Of a stretch of DNA of 64,000 nucleotides, positions 28,113 to 38,010 are shown piece by piece; position 1 is the stretch's first letter, and each line of letters opens with the position of its first letter. A program made the translations under genes and the position numbers. The stretch is from an uncultured Gemmatimonadales bacterium. Its GTDB lineage: Bacteria > Gemmatimonadota > Gemmatimonadetes > Gemmatimonadales > GWC2-71-9. The notes below the pieces were generated by a model. That model was given only the letters and a program-made list of their open reading frames with translations. It was not told the DNA's origin and did not search any database. The stretch lies in contig CAVYSW010000009.1 in NCBI GenBank assembly GCA_963771275.1, positions 396,882 through 460,881 of the forward strand, in the 5' to 3' direction.

Positions 28113-29681
28113 ATGTCACGCACACGAGAGTGGTTGAAGTTCGGCGCCCTCATCGCGGTCACCGCCCTCCTCACGGTCGCGTTCGTAAACACCGTGGATC
28201 GGGCGCCGCGCCCGGCCACCGCGCAACAGTCGACCGCGCTGGCCGCGCTCACCCAACCGCAGCCGGCGCCGATCCAGCCGACCGCCGCGCCGTCGCTCGA
28301 CGCCCTGAGCCAGTCGTTCACGGCGGTCGCGGACCTGATCAAGCCGGCCGTCGTGTTCATCAGGGCGGAGACGATCCAGCAGCCGTCGCGCAACCGGATG
28401 CGGGTGCCGCCCGGCTTCGAGGAGTTCTTCCGCGACCAGGCCCCGCAGATCCGACGCGGTCAGGGCACCGGCTTCATCATCTCCCGTGACGGCTACATCC
28501 TGACGAACAACCACGTCGTGGAGGGCGCCACCACGCTCACGGTGCGCCTGCTGGACCGGCGGGAGTTCAAGGGAGCGCGGGTCGTCGGCCGGGACCCGGC
28601 GACCGACGTGGCGGTCATCAAGATCGACGCCACCAACCTCCCCGTGGCGACGCTGGGCAACTCCGACTCCGTCAAGGTCGGCGAGTGGGTGCTGGCGGTG
28701 GGCAACCCGCTGGGCGAGGAGTTCTCGTTCACGGTCACCGCCGGGATCGTGAGCGCCAAGGGACGGAACCTCAACGGGCTCCCCATCGCGTCGACCTACC
28801 GCATCATGGACTTCATCCAGACCGACGCCGTCATCAATCCCGGCAACTCGGGCGGCCCGCTGGTGAACACGCGCGGGCAGGTGATCGGCATCAACTCGGC
28901 GATCGCGAGCGAGACCGGGACCTATGTGGGCTACGGGTTCGCGATCCCGGCGAACCTGGTGAAGGTCGTCTCGGCGCAGCTGATCGCCGAAGGCCGGGTG
29001 CACCGCGCCATTCTCGGCGTGAGCATTCGCGAAGCGGACGAAAACGACGCCGCCTACGTGGGCCAGAAGGAGATCCGCGGCGTCGTGGTGCAGGACTTCT
29101 CGAGCGCCGACAGCCCGGCGAAGGCGGCGGGGATCGAGCTGGGTGACCTGATCACCGAGCTGGACGGCCAGCCCGTCACGTACGTGGCGCAGCTGCAGCA
29201 GACGGTCGGCTTCCGCAAGCCGGGCGAGACCGTCAAGGTGACGGTGGTCCGCCCCGGCGGGGTGAAGAAGGTCATTCCCGTGCAGCTCGCCGAAGCGCCG
29301 AGCGACGTGCAGCTCGCCTCGCGCCGCCAGGACAGCACCGCGGATACCGAGAACCACCCGCATGCGACCAAGCTGGGCATCGAGCTCGAGTCGCTGGCGC
29401 AGGACGTGGCCGCCCAGGTGGGGGCCGACCACCTCGGCCCGCACGTCACTGGCGTCGAGGTCGACAGCCCCGCGCGCGACCAGCTGATCCCGGCCGGTGG
29501 CAACGGCTTCGGGGACATCATCACCCGCGTGAACGGCACGCGCGTCAGGACGGTGCAGGAGTTCGACGACGCCATCCGCAACATCGGCGCCGGCGAGGTC
29601 GTCTCGCTGCAGGTCTACAACCCGCAGGTGCCGCAGCCGAGTGGCGGGTCGCGGGTGGTCCGGCTCCGGGTGCCGAACTAG
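28113..29681 (+). CDS. degP: DegP/HtrA (Do) serine protease with two PDZ domains
   Basis: GTGFII, LTNNHVV, DVAVIKI, IQTDAVINPGNSGGPL; two PDZ-like repeats; N-terminal signal or anchor. Confidence 0.92.
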   Translation: MSRTREWLKFGALIAVTALLTVAFVNTVDRAPRPATAQQSTALAALTQPQPAPIQPTAAPSLDALSQSFTAVADLIKPAVVFIRAETIQQPSRNRMRVPPGFEEFFRDQAPQIRRGQGTGFIISRDGYILTNNHVVEGATTLTVRLLDRREFKGARVVGRDPATDVAVIKIDATNLPVATLGNSDSVKVGEWVLAVGNPLGEEFSFTVTAGIVSAKGRNLNGLPIASTYRIMDFIQTDAVINPGNSGGPLVNTRGQVIGINSAIASETGTYVGYGFAIPANLVKVVSAQLIAEGRVHRAILGVSIREADENDAAYVGQKEIRGVVVQDFSSADSPAKAAGIELGDLITELDGQPVTYVAQLQQTVGFRKPGETVKVTVVRPGGVKKVIPVQLAEAPSDVQLASRRQDSTADTENHPHATKLGIELESLAQDVAAQVGADHLGPHVTGVEVDSPARDQLIPAGGNGFGDIITRVNGTRVRTVQEFDDAIRNIGAGEVVSLQVYNPQVPQPSGGSRVVRLRVPN

Positions 29682-29711
29682 GCCTGACGCGGAGCCACGG
29701 ACGCAGGAAGG

Positions 29712-29737
29712 CGGCCCCGGGCAGATCCCCGGGGCCG
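29712..29737. terminator. Hairpin between convergent degP and cox operon
   Basis: CGGCCCCGGG / CCCGGGGCCG perfect 10-bp stem. Confidence 0.55.
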
Positions 29738-29804
29738 TTCCGCATTGCAGCCGGACGCGGCGGGTGGTCCGCGGACCGCTGGCCTGGCTGGTGGGAGGGT
29801 TCCG

Positions 29805-30119
29805 CTACAGCACCCGGAACAGGAACATCAGGCTGATGATCACCCCCGCGGCGAACAGCAGCGGCAGCAGAAACACCATGCGGAACAGCTTGTGGTCGAA
29901 CTTGAGATGCATGTAGAACATCACGACCAGGGAGAACTTGGCGGCCGAGAGCGTGAGCAGGCTGGGCACCAGGATCGGCTTGAACTGCGGGATATAGAAC
30001 GCCCCCACCTCGAGGACCGTGAGCACGGTGAGCACCGCGGCGACCGTGAGGTACGTGCCGGTGGTGGCGTGCGCCCGATGCACCGGCACCGCGGCGTCGT
30101 GTTGCTCGTTCATCGTCAC
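29805..30119 (-). CDS. ctaF: Cytochrome c oxidase subunit IV (caa3 type)
   Basis: Y..VAAVLTVLTVLEV and KFSLVVMFYMHLKFD motif; last gene of the operon. Confidence 0.85.
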   Translation of the reverse strand: MTMNEQHDAAVPVHRAHATTGTYLTVAAVLTVLTVLEVGAFYIPQFKPILVPSLLTLSAAKFSLVVMFYMHLKFDHKLFRMVFLLPLLFAAGVIISLMFLFRVL

Positions 30120-30120
30120 C

Positions 30121-30726
30121 TCACCCCTTGGCCAGCGGGGTCGTCTGAATCAGGTAGACGACCGTGAAGATCACGATCCAGACCACGTCCACGAAGTGCC
30201 AGTACAGGCCCGCGATCTCGACGTTGAGCGCCTTCTCGGGCCCGAGCTTGCCCTGCAGCGAGCGCACCAGCAGCGTGGTCAGCCAGACGACGCCGACGAA
30301 CACGTGGCCGCCGTGAAAGCCGGTCAGCGTGAAGAAGCTCGAGCCGAACAGGTTGGTCGTGAAGCCGAGCCCTTCGCGCACGAAATGCGTGAATTCGAAC
30401 GCCTGGAAGCCGAGGAAGACCGCGCCCAGGGTCGCCGTGGCGGCCAGCCACACGCGCGTCCACACCCGGTCACCCCGCTGCACGGCGGCCAGGGCCAGCA
30501 CCATCATCAGCGAGGACATCAGCAGGTCGAACGTACTCACCGACGTGAGCGGGATGTTGAGGATCTGGTGCGTGGTGGGCCCCGAGACGCTCCGCCCCTC
30601 GTAGACCAGGTAGGTGGCGATGAGCGATCCGAACAGCAGGCATTCGGACCCGATGAACGCCCAGAACGCGATCTTGCGGCTGTCGAGCCCCGTGCTGGTG
30701 TAGGGGACGGTGGCGGCGTGGCTCAT
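30121..30726 (-). CDS. ctaE: Cytochrome c oxidase subunit III
   Basis: FIGSECLLFG, FFTLTGFHGGHV, GLYWHFVDVVW. Confidence 0.93.
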   Translation of the reverse strand: MSHAATVPYTSTGLDSRKIAFWAFIGSECLLFGSLIATYLVYEGRSVSGPTTHQILNIPLTSVSTFDLLMSSLMMVLALAAVQRGDRVWTRVWLAATATLGAVFLGFQAFEFTHFVREGLGFTTNLFGSSFFTLTGFHGGHVFVGVVWLTTLLVRSLQGKLGPEKALNVEIAGLYWHFVDVVWIVIFTVVYLIQTTPLAKG

Positions 30727-30727
30727 G

Positions 30728-32578
30728 TCAGACCTCGAAGGGCTCGAACGCCCAGCTGTAGATCCCGTAGACGAGGATCGCCGCGCCGCCGAGCACGGTG
30801 AGCAGGCTCGGCAGGAAGTGATGGTGCATCAGCGCGCCGACGCCCATGACCAGGATTCCCACCGCCGCGATCAGCGGACGGAACGACCCGGGCGGGACGT
30901 GGATCGGGCCCGGCGGCACGTCGGGGATCTCCGAGACGCCGCCCTCCGTCCAGAGCGGCAGCCGGCTCTTCACCGTGGGCGGCACGGAGAAGTTGTAGGC
31001 CGGGGGCGGCGAGGCGATGGCCCATTCGAGCGTCGCGGCGCCCCAGGGGTTCTTGCCCGCGAGCGGCTGCTTCCGGCTCGTCAGCACGTTGTAGAGGAAC
31101 ACGAGCATCGCGACCCCGGTGAGCAGCGCCCCGACGGTCGAGATCAGGTTGAACGTGTTGAGCCCGAGGTCCGGGGCGTAGGTGTAGATGCGGCGCGGCA
31201 TGCCGAGCAGGCCACTGAAGTGCATCGGGAAGAACGTCAGGTTGAGCCCGGCGAACATCAGCCAGAAGTGCAGCTTGCCGATCCGGTCGTTGAGCGCGCG
31301 GCCGAAGATCTTGGGCCACCAGTAGTAGATCCCGGCGAAGATCCCCTGCACCGCCCCGCCGAACAGCACGTAGTGGAAGTGCGCGACCACGAAGTAGGTG
31401 TCGGTCTGCTGCAGGTCGGCCGGCGGAGAGGCGTGCATCACCCCCGAGAGTCCGCCGATGATGAACATCGAGATGAAGCCGACCGCGAACAGCATCGGCG
31501 TCCGAAATTCGAGACGGCCGCCCCACATCGTGGCGATCCAGTTGAAGATCTTCACGCCCGTCGGCACGGCGATCAGCATGGTGGACGCGGAGAACACCGA
31601 GTCGGCCACCGGGCCGAGGCCGGTGGCGAACATGTGGTGCGCCCACACGCCCCAGCCGACGACGCCGATCAGCACCCCGGAGTACACCACGACCGCATAG
31701 CCGAACAGCGGCTTGCGCGAGAACGTGGGCAGCACCTCGGAGACGATCCCCATGGCGGGGAGGATCAGGATGTAGACCTCCGGATGGCCGAACAGCCAGA
31801 ACAGGTGCTGCCACAGCAGCACGTCGCCGCCGGCCCGCACGTTGTAGAAGTTGGTGCCGAACACCCGGTCGAACAGCAGGAACACGAGCCCGATCGTGAT
31901 CACCGGAAACGCCGTGATGATCAGGAACTGGGTGACGAAGCTCATCCAGGTGAACACCGGCAGGCGCATCCACGTCATGCCCGGCGCGCGGAGGTTGATG
32001 ATCGTCGTGATGAAGTTGAACGCCGCCGCGAGCGACGCGACGCCGAGGATCTGGATCCCGAGCACCCAGAAATCGATGTTGGGGCCGGGGGAGTACTGCG
32101 TGGACGTGAGGTTGGCGTAGCCGAACCAGCCGGCGTTGGGCGCCACGCTCAGGTGGCCGGCGCCGAACAGCGGACCCGCCACGAAGCTGGCGTTCATGAA
32201 CAGCCCGCCCAGCAGGAACACCCAGTAGCTGAAGGCGTTGAGACGGGGGAAGGCGACGTCGCGCGCGCCGATCTGCAGCGGGATCACGAAATTGAAGAAC
32301 GCCGCCGACAGCGGCATGATGGCGAGAAACACCATCGTCGTGCCGTGCATCGTGAACAGCTGGTTGTAGAACTCCGCGCTCACCACGTGCTGGTCCGGCC
32401 CCCCGAGCTGGATCCGGATCACCAGGGCTTCGAGGCCGCCGAGCAGGAAGAACAGGAACGCCGTGACGCCGTACAGCACGCCGATGCGCTTGTGGTCGGT
32501 GGTGGTGACCCAGCTCCACACGCCGGTCGGCGCCGCCGGCATCGCGGGACTGGATTGGGGGATCGCGGTCGTCGCCAT
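30728..32578 (-). CDS. ctaD: Cytochrome c oxidase subunit I (A1 type)
   Basis: TTDHKRIG, TMHGTTM, FGHPEVY, WAHHM, VAHFHYV, GMPRR. Confidence 0.97.
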   Translation of the reverse strand: MATTAIPQSSPAMPAAPTGVWSWVTTTDHKRIGVLYGVTAFLFFLLGGLEALVIRIQLGGPDQHVVSAEFYNQLFTMHGTTMVFLAIMPLSAAFFNFVIPLQIGARDVAFPRLNAFSYWVFLLGGLFMNASFVAGPLFGAGHLSVAPNAGWFGYANLTSTQYSPGPNIDFWVLGIQILGVASLAAAFNFITTIINLRAPGMTWMRLPVFTWMSFVTQFLIITAFPVITIGLVFLLFDRVFGTNFYNVRAGGDVLLWQHLFWLFGHPEVYILILPAMGIVSEVLPTFSRKPLFGYAVVVYSGVLIGVVGWGVWAHHMFATGLGPVADSVFSASTMLIAVPTGVKIFNWIATMWGGRLEFRTPMLFAVGFISMFIIGGLSGVMHASPPADLQQTDTYFVVAHFHYVLFGGAVQGIFAGIYYWWPKIFGRALNDRIGKLHFWLMFAGLNLTFFPMHFSGLLGMPRRIYTYAPDLGLNTFNLISTVGALLTGVAMLVFLYNVLTSRKQPLAGKNPWGAATLEWAIASPPPAYNFSVPPTVKSRLPLWTEGGVSEIPDVPPGPIHVPPGSFRPLIAAVGILVMGVGALMHHHFLPSLLTVLGGAAILVYGIYSWAFEPFEV

Positions 32579-32586
32579 GTCGGGTC

Positions 32587-33639
32587 CTATTTCCTGCTGT
32601 GGAGATACGCGGTCAGCGCCGCGATCTCGTCATCCGTCAGGTCAATCTTGGGCATCAGGCTCCCGGGCTTCACCCCCGGCGGGTCATGCAGCCAGCGCGC
32701 GATCCCCGCCGAGTCGCTCGGCACCGTCCCGCCCGCGATCGTGCTGCGGCTGCCGACGTGCGACAGGTTGGGACCGAGCACCCCGCCCGAGATGCCCGCG
32801 ATGGTGTGGCACGCCACACACGAGTGGTTGCCGGGATCCCGGATCTTCCGGAACGCCTCCTCACCCCGGAGCACGAGCGCGTCGCCCGAGTCGACCGGCG
32901 GCGGGGCGGCGCTCTGGCGCGCGGCCCAGTCGGCAAACACCGCCGGGGAATCCACCATGACGCGGAGCCGCATGTTGGCATGCGAGTCGCCGCAGAACTC
33001 CGCGCACTGGCCGAGGAACGTCCCGACCGAGTCCGCCGTGAAGACGAGGCGTGTCGTGCGGCCCGGCATCGCGTCCCGCTTGCCCGACAGGCGCGGCGCC
33101 CAGAACGAGTGGATCACGTCGGCGGAGGTGATCGCGAGGGCCACCGGCTGCCCCAGCGGCACGTGCAGCTCGTTGGCCGTCACCACCCCCAGCCCGGGGT
33201 AGCGGAACTCCCACCACCACTGGTGGCCGGTCACCTCCACCTGCAGCGCCTCGGCGGGCGCGGTCCCGTCGAGCTGGAAGATGGTCCGGATCGTGGGAAC
33301 CGCGATGACCACGAGGATCAACGCCGGCGCCAGGGTCCAGGCGATCTCGACCAGTGTGTGGCCGTGCGTCTGGTGCGGCTCGCCCTGCCCCGGTCGCCGG
33401 CGGTACCGGATCAAGGTCACCACCAGCGCGCTCTGGACCACGACGAAGACGAATACGGCCCACCAGAAGATCTGGCCGTAGAGCCGGTCGATCGCTTCGC
33501 CGGCGTCGGATACCGGGCGGAAGGTCGATTGCGGAAACCGATCACCCGTGCAGCCGGCGACGAGCAGCCCGACCGCCAGGGCGGCGAGCCACGTCCAGGA
33601 GACCGCGGCTGGGTAACGGCGGTGAGATACGGGTGCCAT
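32587..33639 (-). CDS. ctaC: Cytochrome c oxidase subunit II with fused cytochrome c (caa3)
   Basis: Lipobox VAGC; EIAWT, QWWWEFRY, DVIHSFW, CuA site CAEFCGDSHANM; C-terminal CVACH heme motif. Confidence 0.95.
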   Translation of the reverse strand: MAPVSHRRYPAAVSWTWLAALAVGLLVAGCTGDRFPQSTFRPVSDAGEAIDRLYGQIFWWAVFVFVVVQSALVVTLIRYRRRPGQGEPHQTHGHTLVEIAWTLAPALILVVIAVPTIRTIFQLDGTAPAEALQVEVTGHQWWWEFRYPGLGVVTANELHVPLGQPVALAITSADVIHSFWAPRLSGKRDAMPGRTTRLVFTADSVGTFLGQCAEFCGDSHANMRLRVMVDSPAVFADWAARQSAAPPPVDSGDALVLRGEEAFRKIRDPGNHSCVACHTIAGISGGVLGPNLSHVGSRSTIAGGTVPSDSAGIARWLHDPPGVKPGSLMPKIDLTDDEIAALTAYLHSRK

Positions 33640-33707
33640 TGCCCTTCACAGGACGAGGATTGGGACCGGAAAACGAAACGCGCCGGGCTTGGCGGCGCGA
33701 ACGCCGG

Positions 33708-33736
33708 ATTGTAGCACCATCACCATTGCGAGTCAA
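33708..33736 (-). promoter_or_regulatory. Sigma70 promoter of the cox operon
   Basis: Minus strand TTGACT-N17-TACAAT with an extended -10 TG. Confidence 0.65.
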
Positions 33737-33898
33737 CCGCTCCCCAAAGCTCGCATCTTCATGCGGCTCTTCATGATCCGCGCTTCCCGCCACCACGCGG
33801 GAACGGGCGGCGCGGAGCACCCCACCGCTGCTGCGGCACCCGGCTCCGGTGAGCGCTCAACGCTGGACGGACCGCCGGGGTCGGGGTTAGCATACCAG

Positions 33899-34402
33899 AT
33901 GCTCGAGGCCGTGAAGAAGCAGCTCCAGGCCGAAGTCGAGGCGCTGAACCACGAGTTGAGCGTCACGCTGCCGGCCACCCTCAAGCGGGCAATCCAGAAC
34001 GGTGACCTCCGGGAGAACGGAGACTATCACGCCGCGCTGGAACGCCAGGGATTCGTGCAGGCCAGGCTGAGCCAGCTGCGCTCCCGCCTCACGAAGCTCT
34101 CGCACATCGATCTCACCAAGATCCCGACCGGCCGGGTCGGGCTCGGCTCCCGGGTCACCGTCCTGGACATGGCGACCGGTCAGACGGAGGAATGGGAGCT
34201 CGTCATCCCCGACGCCATGGACATCGACCGCGGGCACATCTCGGTCTCCTCGCCGCTCGGCCGCGGTCTGGTCGACAAGGAGGTCGGGGACGTGACCACC
34301 GTGCAGCTCCCCGCCGGCACGCGCAAACTCAAGGTCCTGGCGCTCCGCACGTTGCACGAGCAGGTGGAGTCGGGCCTGGACGAGGATGAGGCCCGCGACT
34401 AG
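33899..34402 (+). CDS. greA: GreA/GreB-family transcription elongation factor
   Basis: GDLRENGDYHAA.ERQ, VGLGSRVTV, ISVSSPLGRGL. Confidence 0.85.
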   Translation: MLEAVKKQLQAEVEALNHELSVTLPATLKRAIQNGDLRENGDYHAALERQGFVQARLSQLRSRLTKLSHIDLTKIPTGRVGLGSRVTVLDMATGQTEEWELVIPDAMDIDRGHISVSSPLGRGLVDKEVGDVTTVQLPAGTRKLKVLALRTLHEQVESGLDEDEARD

Positions 34403-34441
34403 CGAGCGCGCCCCACAGGGTCTTCGACGGGCGATCCCAAC

Positions 34442-35101
34442 GTGCGTGACCACCATCTCCTGATCCACCGCTCGGCCCGGTTTGTGACCCTCGGCCCCAC
34501 CGACGGGTCGGCACGCGAGGTCTGGGTGGTGCTGCACGGCTACGGGCAACTTGCGGCCAAGTTCGCGGAGGCCTTCACCCCGCTGGACGACGGCACGCGA
34601 CTCATCGTGGCACCCGAGGGGCTGTCCCGCTTCTACCTGGACTCAAGCGGCGGGCGGGTGGGGGCCTCATGGATGACCCGCGAGGACCGCGACGTCGAGA
34701 TCGACGACTACGTGCGCTACCTCGATGCCGTGGCCGAAGCCGTGACCACCGGCTTCCCACCCCGGCCGCTGCACCTGCTGGGGTTCTCGCAGGGCTGCGC
34801 GACGGCCTGTCGCTGGGTCGAGCGGGGTCAGGTGCAGCCGGCCCGCCTGATCGTGTGGGGCGGCGAGATCCCCCCGGACCTCGACTGGAGCCGGGCCCGC
34901 CCCCGCTTCGCGCGGGTACCCACCGTCCTGGTTGCCGGAACGGAGGACCGCTACGTCCCCCCGGAGGCGCTGACCCAGTTCGGGGCGCAGCTCGCGCTGA
35001 ACGGTGTGCGTCACGCGGTCGTCCGGTTTCCCGGCGGCCATGAAATCCACCCTCCGACGCTGTGCGAGCTGGCCGGCCGCCCTGACCAGGGAGTCTTGTG
35101 A
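34442..35101 (+). CDS. Phospholipase/carboxylesterase-like alpha/beta hydrolase
   Basis: LHGYGQ, GFSQG nucleophile elbow, GTED, GGHEI. Confidence 0.85.
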   Translation: MRDHHLLIHRSARFVTLGPTDGSAREVWVVLHGYGQLAAKFAEAFTPLDDGTRLIVAPEGLSRFYLDSSGGRVGASWMTREDRDVEIDDYVRYLDAVAEAVTTGFPPRPLHLLGFSQGCATACRWVERGQVQPARLIVWGGEIPPDLDWSRARPRFARVPTVLVAGTEDRYVPPEALTQFGAQLALNGVRHAVVRFPGGHEIHPPTLCELAGRPDQGVL

Positions 35102-35102
35102 T

Positions 35103-35158
35103 CTGACCACGAGTCAGCTATTATGTGACCAGCAGTCACTAAACTGACCGGCGATCAC
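35103..35158. promoter_or_regulatory. Three palindromic operator sites TGAC-N5-GTCA upstream of tetR
   Basis: TGACcacgaGTCA 35104-35116, TGACcagcaGTCA 35126-35138, TGACcggcgATCA 35145-35157. Confidence 0.65.
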
Positions 35159-35159
35159 G

Positions 35160-35813
35160 ATGGCTCTGGGACAGCGGGCGCGTTCAGCGGAAGCGAAAGC
35201 CGAGCGACGGGACGTCATGCTCGCGGCAGCGCGGGACCGCATCGCGAGCGGGCATCCGGCGGACATCTCCATGGCTCAGGTCGCCGCCGCCGCGGGCGTC
35301 GCGAAGGGCACCCTGTACCTCTACTTCAAGACCAAGGAAGAGCTGTTTCTGGCGCTGCTCGAGCAGGACTTCGACGCCTGGTTCGACGCGCTCGATTCCG
35401 CCCTCGGTTACGGAGCCGGGCGCCTCCAGGCGACGGCGCTGTCGGACGTGCTGGTGGGGTCGCTGGCGGAGCGACCGGCCCTGCGGCGTCTGCTGGCCCT
35501 GCTGGGACCGGTCATCGAGCAGAACGTCGAATACGACCGCGCGCTCCGCTTCAAGTGGCGGCTTGCCGCGCGCATGACGGCCACGGGCGCGCTGCTCGAG
35601 CGGCGTACGGTGTTCCTCCGGCCCGGGGACGGCGTGCGGCTGCTGCAGCAGCTCCACGCGCTCGCGGCGGGGCTACAGCAGCTGGCGGAGCCTGCGCCCG
35701 TGATGCGACGCATCCTCGAGGCGCCGGGGATGGAGGTGCTCCGCGTGGATTTCGAGCGCGAGCTGCGCGCGGCCGTGCGGGCGCTGCTCACGGGCCTGGA
35801 GCGGACCAACTGA
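35160..35813 (+). CDS. TetR-family transcriptional regulator
   Basis: HTH motif VAAAAGVAKGTLYLYFKTKEELF. Confidence 0.92.
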   Translation: MALGQRARSAEAKAERRDVMLAAARDRIASGHPADISMAQVAAAAGVAKGTLYLYFKTKEELFLALLEQDFDAWFDALDSALGYGAGRLQATALSDVLVGSLAERPALRRLLALLGPVIEQNVEYDRALRFKWRLAARMTATGALLERRTVFLRPGDGVRLLQQLHALAAGLQQLAEPAPVMRRILEAPGMEVLRVDFERELRAAVRALLTGLERTN

Positions 35814-35832
35814 CGACCGCGAGCGCACGACC

Positions 35833-36612
35833 ATGACCACCGCTCTCATCACCGGGGCGTCCGGCGGGATCGGCCTCGAGCTTGCGCGGCGGTTTGGGCG
35901 CGGCGGGCACGACCTGATTCTCGTGGCGCGCCGCGCGGAGCGGCTGGCCGAGCTGGCGGACGGGCTGCGGCGCGATGCCGGCGTCTCCGTGACCCCGCTT
36001 CCGGCGGATCTCGCCGATCCGGGCGCCCCGCGGCTGCTCGCCGAAGCGCTCGCCGGCCGGGGTCTCGTCGTGGACGTCCTGATCAACAACGCCGGCGTCG
36101 GCCTGTTCGGTCCGTTCGCGCGCACGGCACTCGACGCCGAGCTCGCGATGATCCGGCTCAACCTCACGAACCTGGTGTCCCTGACCAAGCTGCTGCTGCC
36201 GGGGATGCTGGCGCGGGGTCACGGCCGGATCGTGAACGTGGCCTCGACGGCGGGATTCCAGCCGGGGCCCCTGATGAGCGTCTACTACGCGACCAAGGCG
36301 TTCGTGATCTCGTTTTCGGAGGCGCTGGCGGAGGAGCTGGCAGGCTCCGGCATCACGGTGACCGCGGCCTGCCCCGGACCGACGCGGACGGGCTTCCAGG
36401 CCGCCGCGGGGCTGACCGGCCAGCGCGTGCTGCAGCGCGGCATCGTGATGGACGCAGGCGCGGTGGCGGAGGCGATCTACCGCGGCGCAATCGCCGGGCG
36501 GCGGCTGGTGATCCCGGGGCTGCTCAACCGGGTGCACCTCCAGGTGCTGCGCCTCGCCCCGCGGCGAGTGGTGACGCGCTTCGTGCGGCTCGTCAACAGC
36601 ACGTTCACCTAG
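35833..36612 (+). CDS. Short-chain dehydrogenase/reductase
   Basis: TGASGGIG, NNAG, YxxxK (YYATK). Confidence 0.92.
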   Translation: MTTALITGASGGIGLELARRFGRGGHDLILVARRAERLAELADGLRRDAGVSVTPLPADLADPGAPRLLAEALAGRGLVVDVLINNAGVGLFGPFARTALDAELAMIRLNLTNLVSLTKLLLPGMLARGHGRIVNVASTAGFQPGPLMSVYYATKAFVISFSEALAEELAGSGITVTAACPGPTRTGFQAAAGLTGQRVLQRGIVMDAGAVAEAIYRGAIAGRRLVIPGLLNRVHLQVLRLAPRRVVTRFVRLVNSTFT

Positions 36613-36622
36613 ACCCTGAGGG

Positions 36623-37231
36623 CTAGCCGGAGGCCTTCCCGAGGTACAGCACGATCCGCTGCATCTCATCCTGGCTCAGCACCGAGCCGAGCATCTTCTC
36701 CATGTGCACGTTCATCCGCCGCACGACGGCCACCCAATCTTGGGCCGAGTGCTGCTTGGGATCCGGCAGCCCATGGCACTGGCTGCACGTGGCGACGAAG
36801 CGGTCCTTCCCGGGCGCGTCGGGCAGGACCCCGGACGTGACCTGGAGCGCGTGCGCGAGCAGGTACTCCAGGATCACCGTGCGCTCGGCGTCGTCCGGGA
36901 CCGCGACGTGATACGTCGTGTCGATCTTCCCCATCCGCAGCCACATGCGCCGCAGCACCACCGGCCAGTCGGTCTGCGCGTGAGAGGACGGCGCCGGGGT
37001 GCCGTGGCAGCCCTGCCCGCAGTACTTGGCGACGAGCTCGGCGCCTTTGCTCTGGGGGTCCGGCAGATCCGCGGCGGCAACGCCGGGCGGCAGGGCCACC
37101 GTGGCGGCGGCGAGCAGCAGATTGCGGGTTGCCGCCGAGCCCTGCTGCTCCACCGGAGGCGCCGCCGAGCGCGAGCACCCGATCAGCCCCGCGATGCACA
37201 TCCCCCCAAGCACCCACGAACGTCCCGCCAT
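36623..37231 (-). CDS. Diheme cytochrome c lipoprotein (internal duplication; CX3CH and CXXCH motifs)
   Basis: Lipobox LIGC; repeats CGQGCH..P..H...DW..V.RRM and CSQCH..P..H...DW..VVRRM. Confidence 0.75.
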   Translation of the reverse strand: MAGRSWVLGGMCIAGLIGCSRSAAPPVEQQGSAATRNLLLAAATVALPPGVAAADLPDPQSKGAELVAKYCGQGCHGTPAPSSHAQTDWPVVLRRMWLRMGKIDTTYHVAVPDDAERTVILEYLLAHALQVTSGVLPDAPGKDRFVATCSQCHGLPDPKQHSAQDWVAVVRRMNVHMEKMLGSVLSQDEMQRIVLYLGKASG

Positions 37232-37338
37232 GGCGCATCCCCTCATGTCGTGTGTCGAGTGTCCGGTCCGGACCCGCCGCGCCGCGCCGCGCTTTGTAAG
37301 AGATGATGGCGGGGGCCGGAACGCAACCGCCTGGCGCC

Positions 37339-38010
37339 TCACGTCGGCTTCCGGGGCTCGACGCGCGCCAGCCGCTGGAGGTTCTTGTCGAACCGGGCCG
37401 CCAGGGAGACGAACATCGCCGCGCTGACCGCGATGAACACCCAGTTCGCGATCTCCTCCACCGCGCCCGGCGCGACCCCTTTCCACACCGCGGCGGTGTA
37501 CAGGCCCGCGTTGGCGAGGAACAACAGGATGCGCACCTCGGTCGGTCCGAAGATCCCGTAGGAGATCTCGAACACCCCGAAGACCGACGATTCCAGGTAG
37601 ACGTTGATCGACAGGATCAAGTAGACGATCACCAGCAACATGGCGAGCGGCAGGTCCACGTACGGGGACAGCCCGATGCCTACCCCGATCATCGTCGTGT
37701 TGATCGCATCCACCCAGTGGTCGATATAGTAGCCGTACTTGGGACGCTCGATCTTGCGCACCCGAGCGAGCGTTCCGTCGAGGCTGTCACCCACCCAGTT
37801 GAGGAACAGCCCGCCGTTGGCGAGCCAGAGCCACCCCGGATGGCGGGCGCTGAGCGCGTACCCCGCGCCGACGCAGATCGCGCCCACCATGCCCAGGGCG
37901 GTGAGGTGATCCGGCAGCCAGCTGGCCGGCAGCCGGGCCGCGATCCATCTCAGCAACCGGCGCTCGGGCTCGCCGAGCAGGAACGTCATTTCGCGCTTGG
38001 CCGTTTCCAT
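37339..38010 (-). CDS. CDP-alcohol phosphatidyltransferase family protein
   Basis: PDHLT and DSLDGTLAR...GYYIDHWVD signature. Confidence 0.88.
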   Translation of the reverse strand: METAKREMTFLLGEPERRLLRWIAARLPASWLPDHLTALGMVGAICVGAGYALSARHPGWLWLANGGLFLNWVGDSLDGTLARVRKIERPKYGYYIDHWVDAINTTMIGVGIGLSPYVDLPLAMLLVIVYLILSINVYLESSVFGVFEISYGIFGPTEVRILLFLANAGLYTAAVWKGVAPGAVEEIANWVFIAVSAAMFVSLAARFDKNLQRLARVEPRKPT

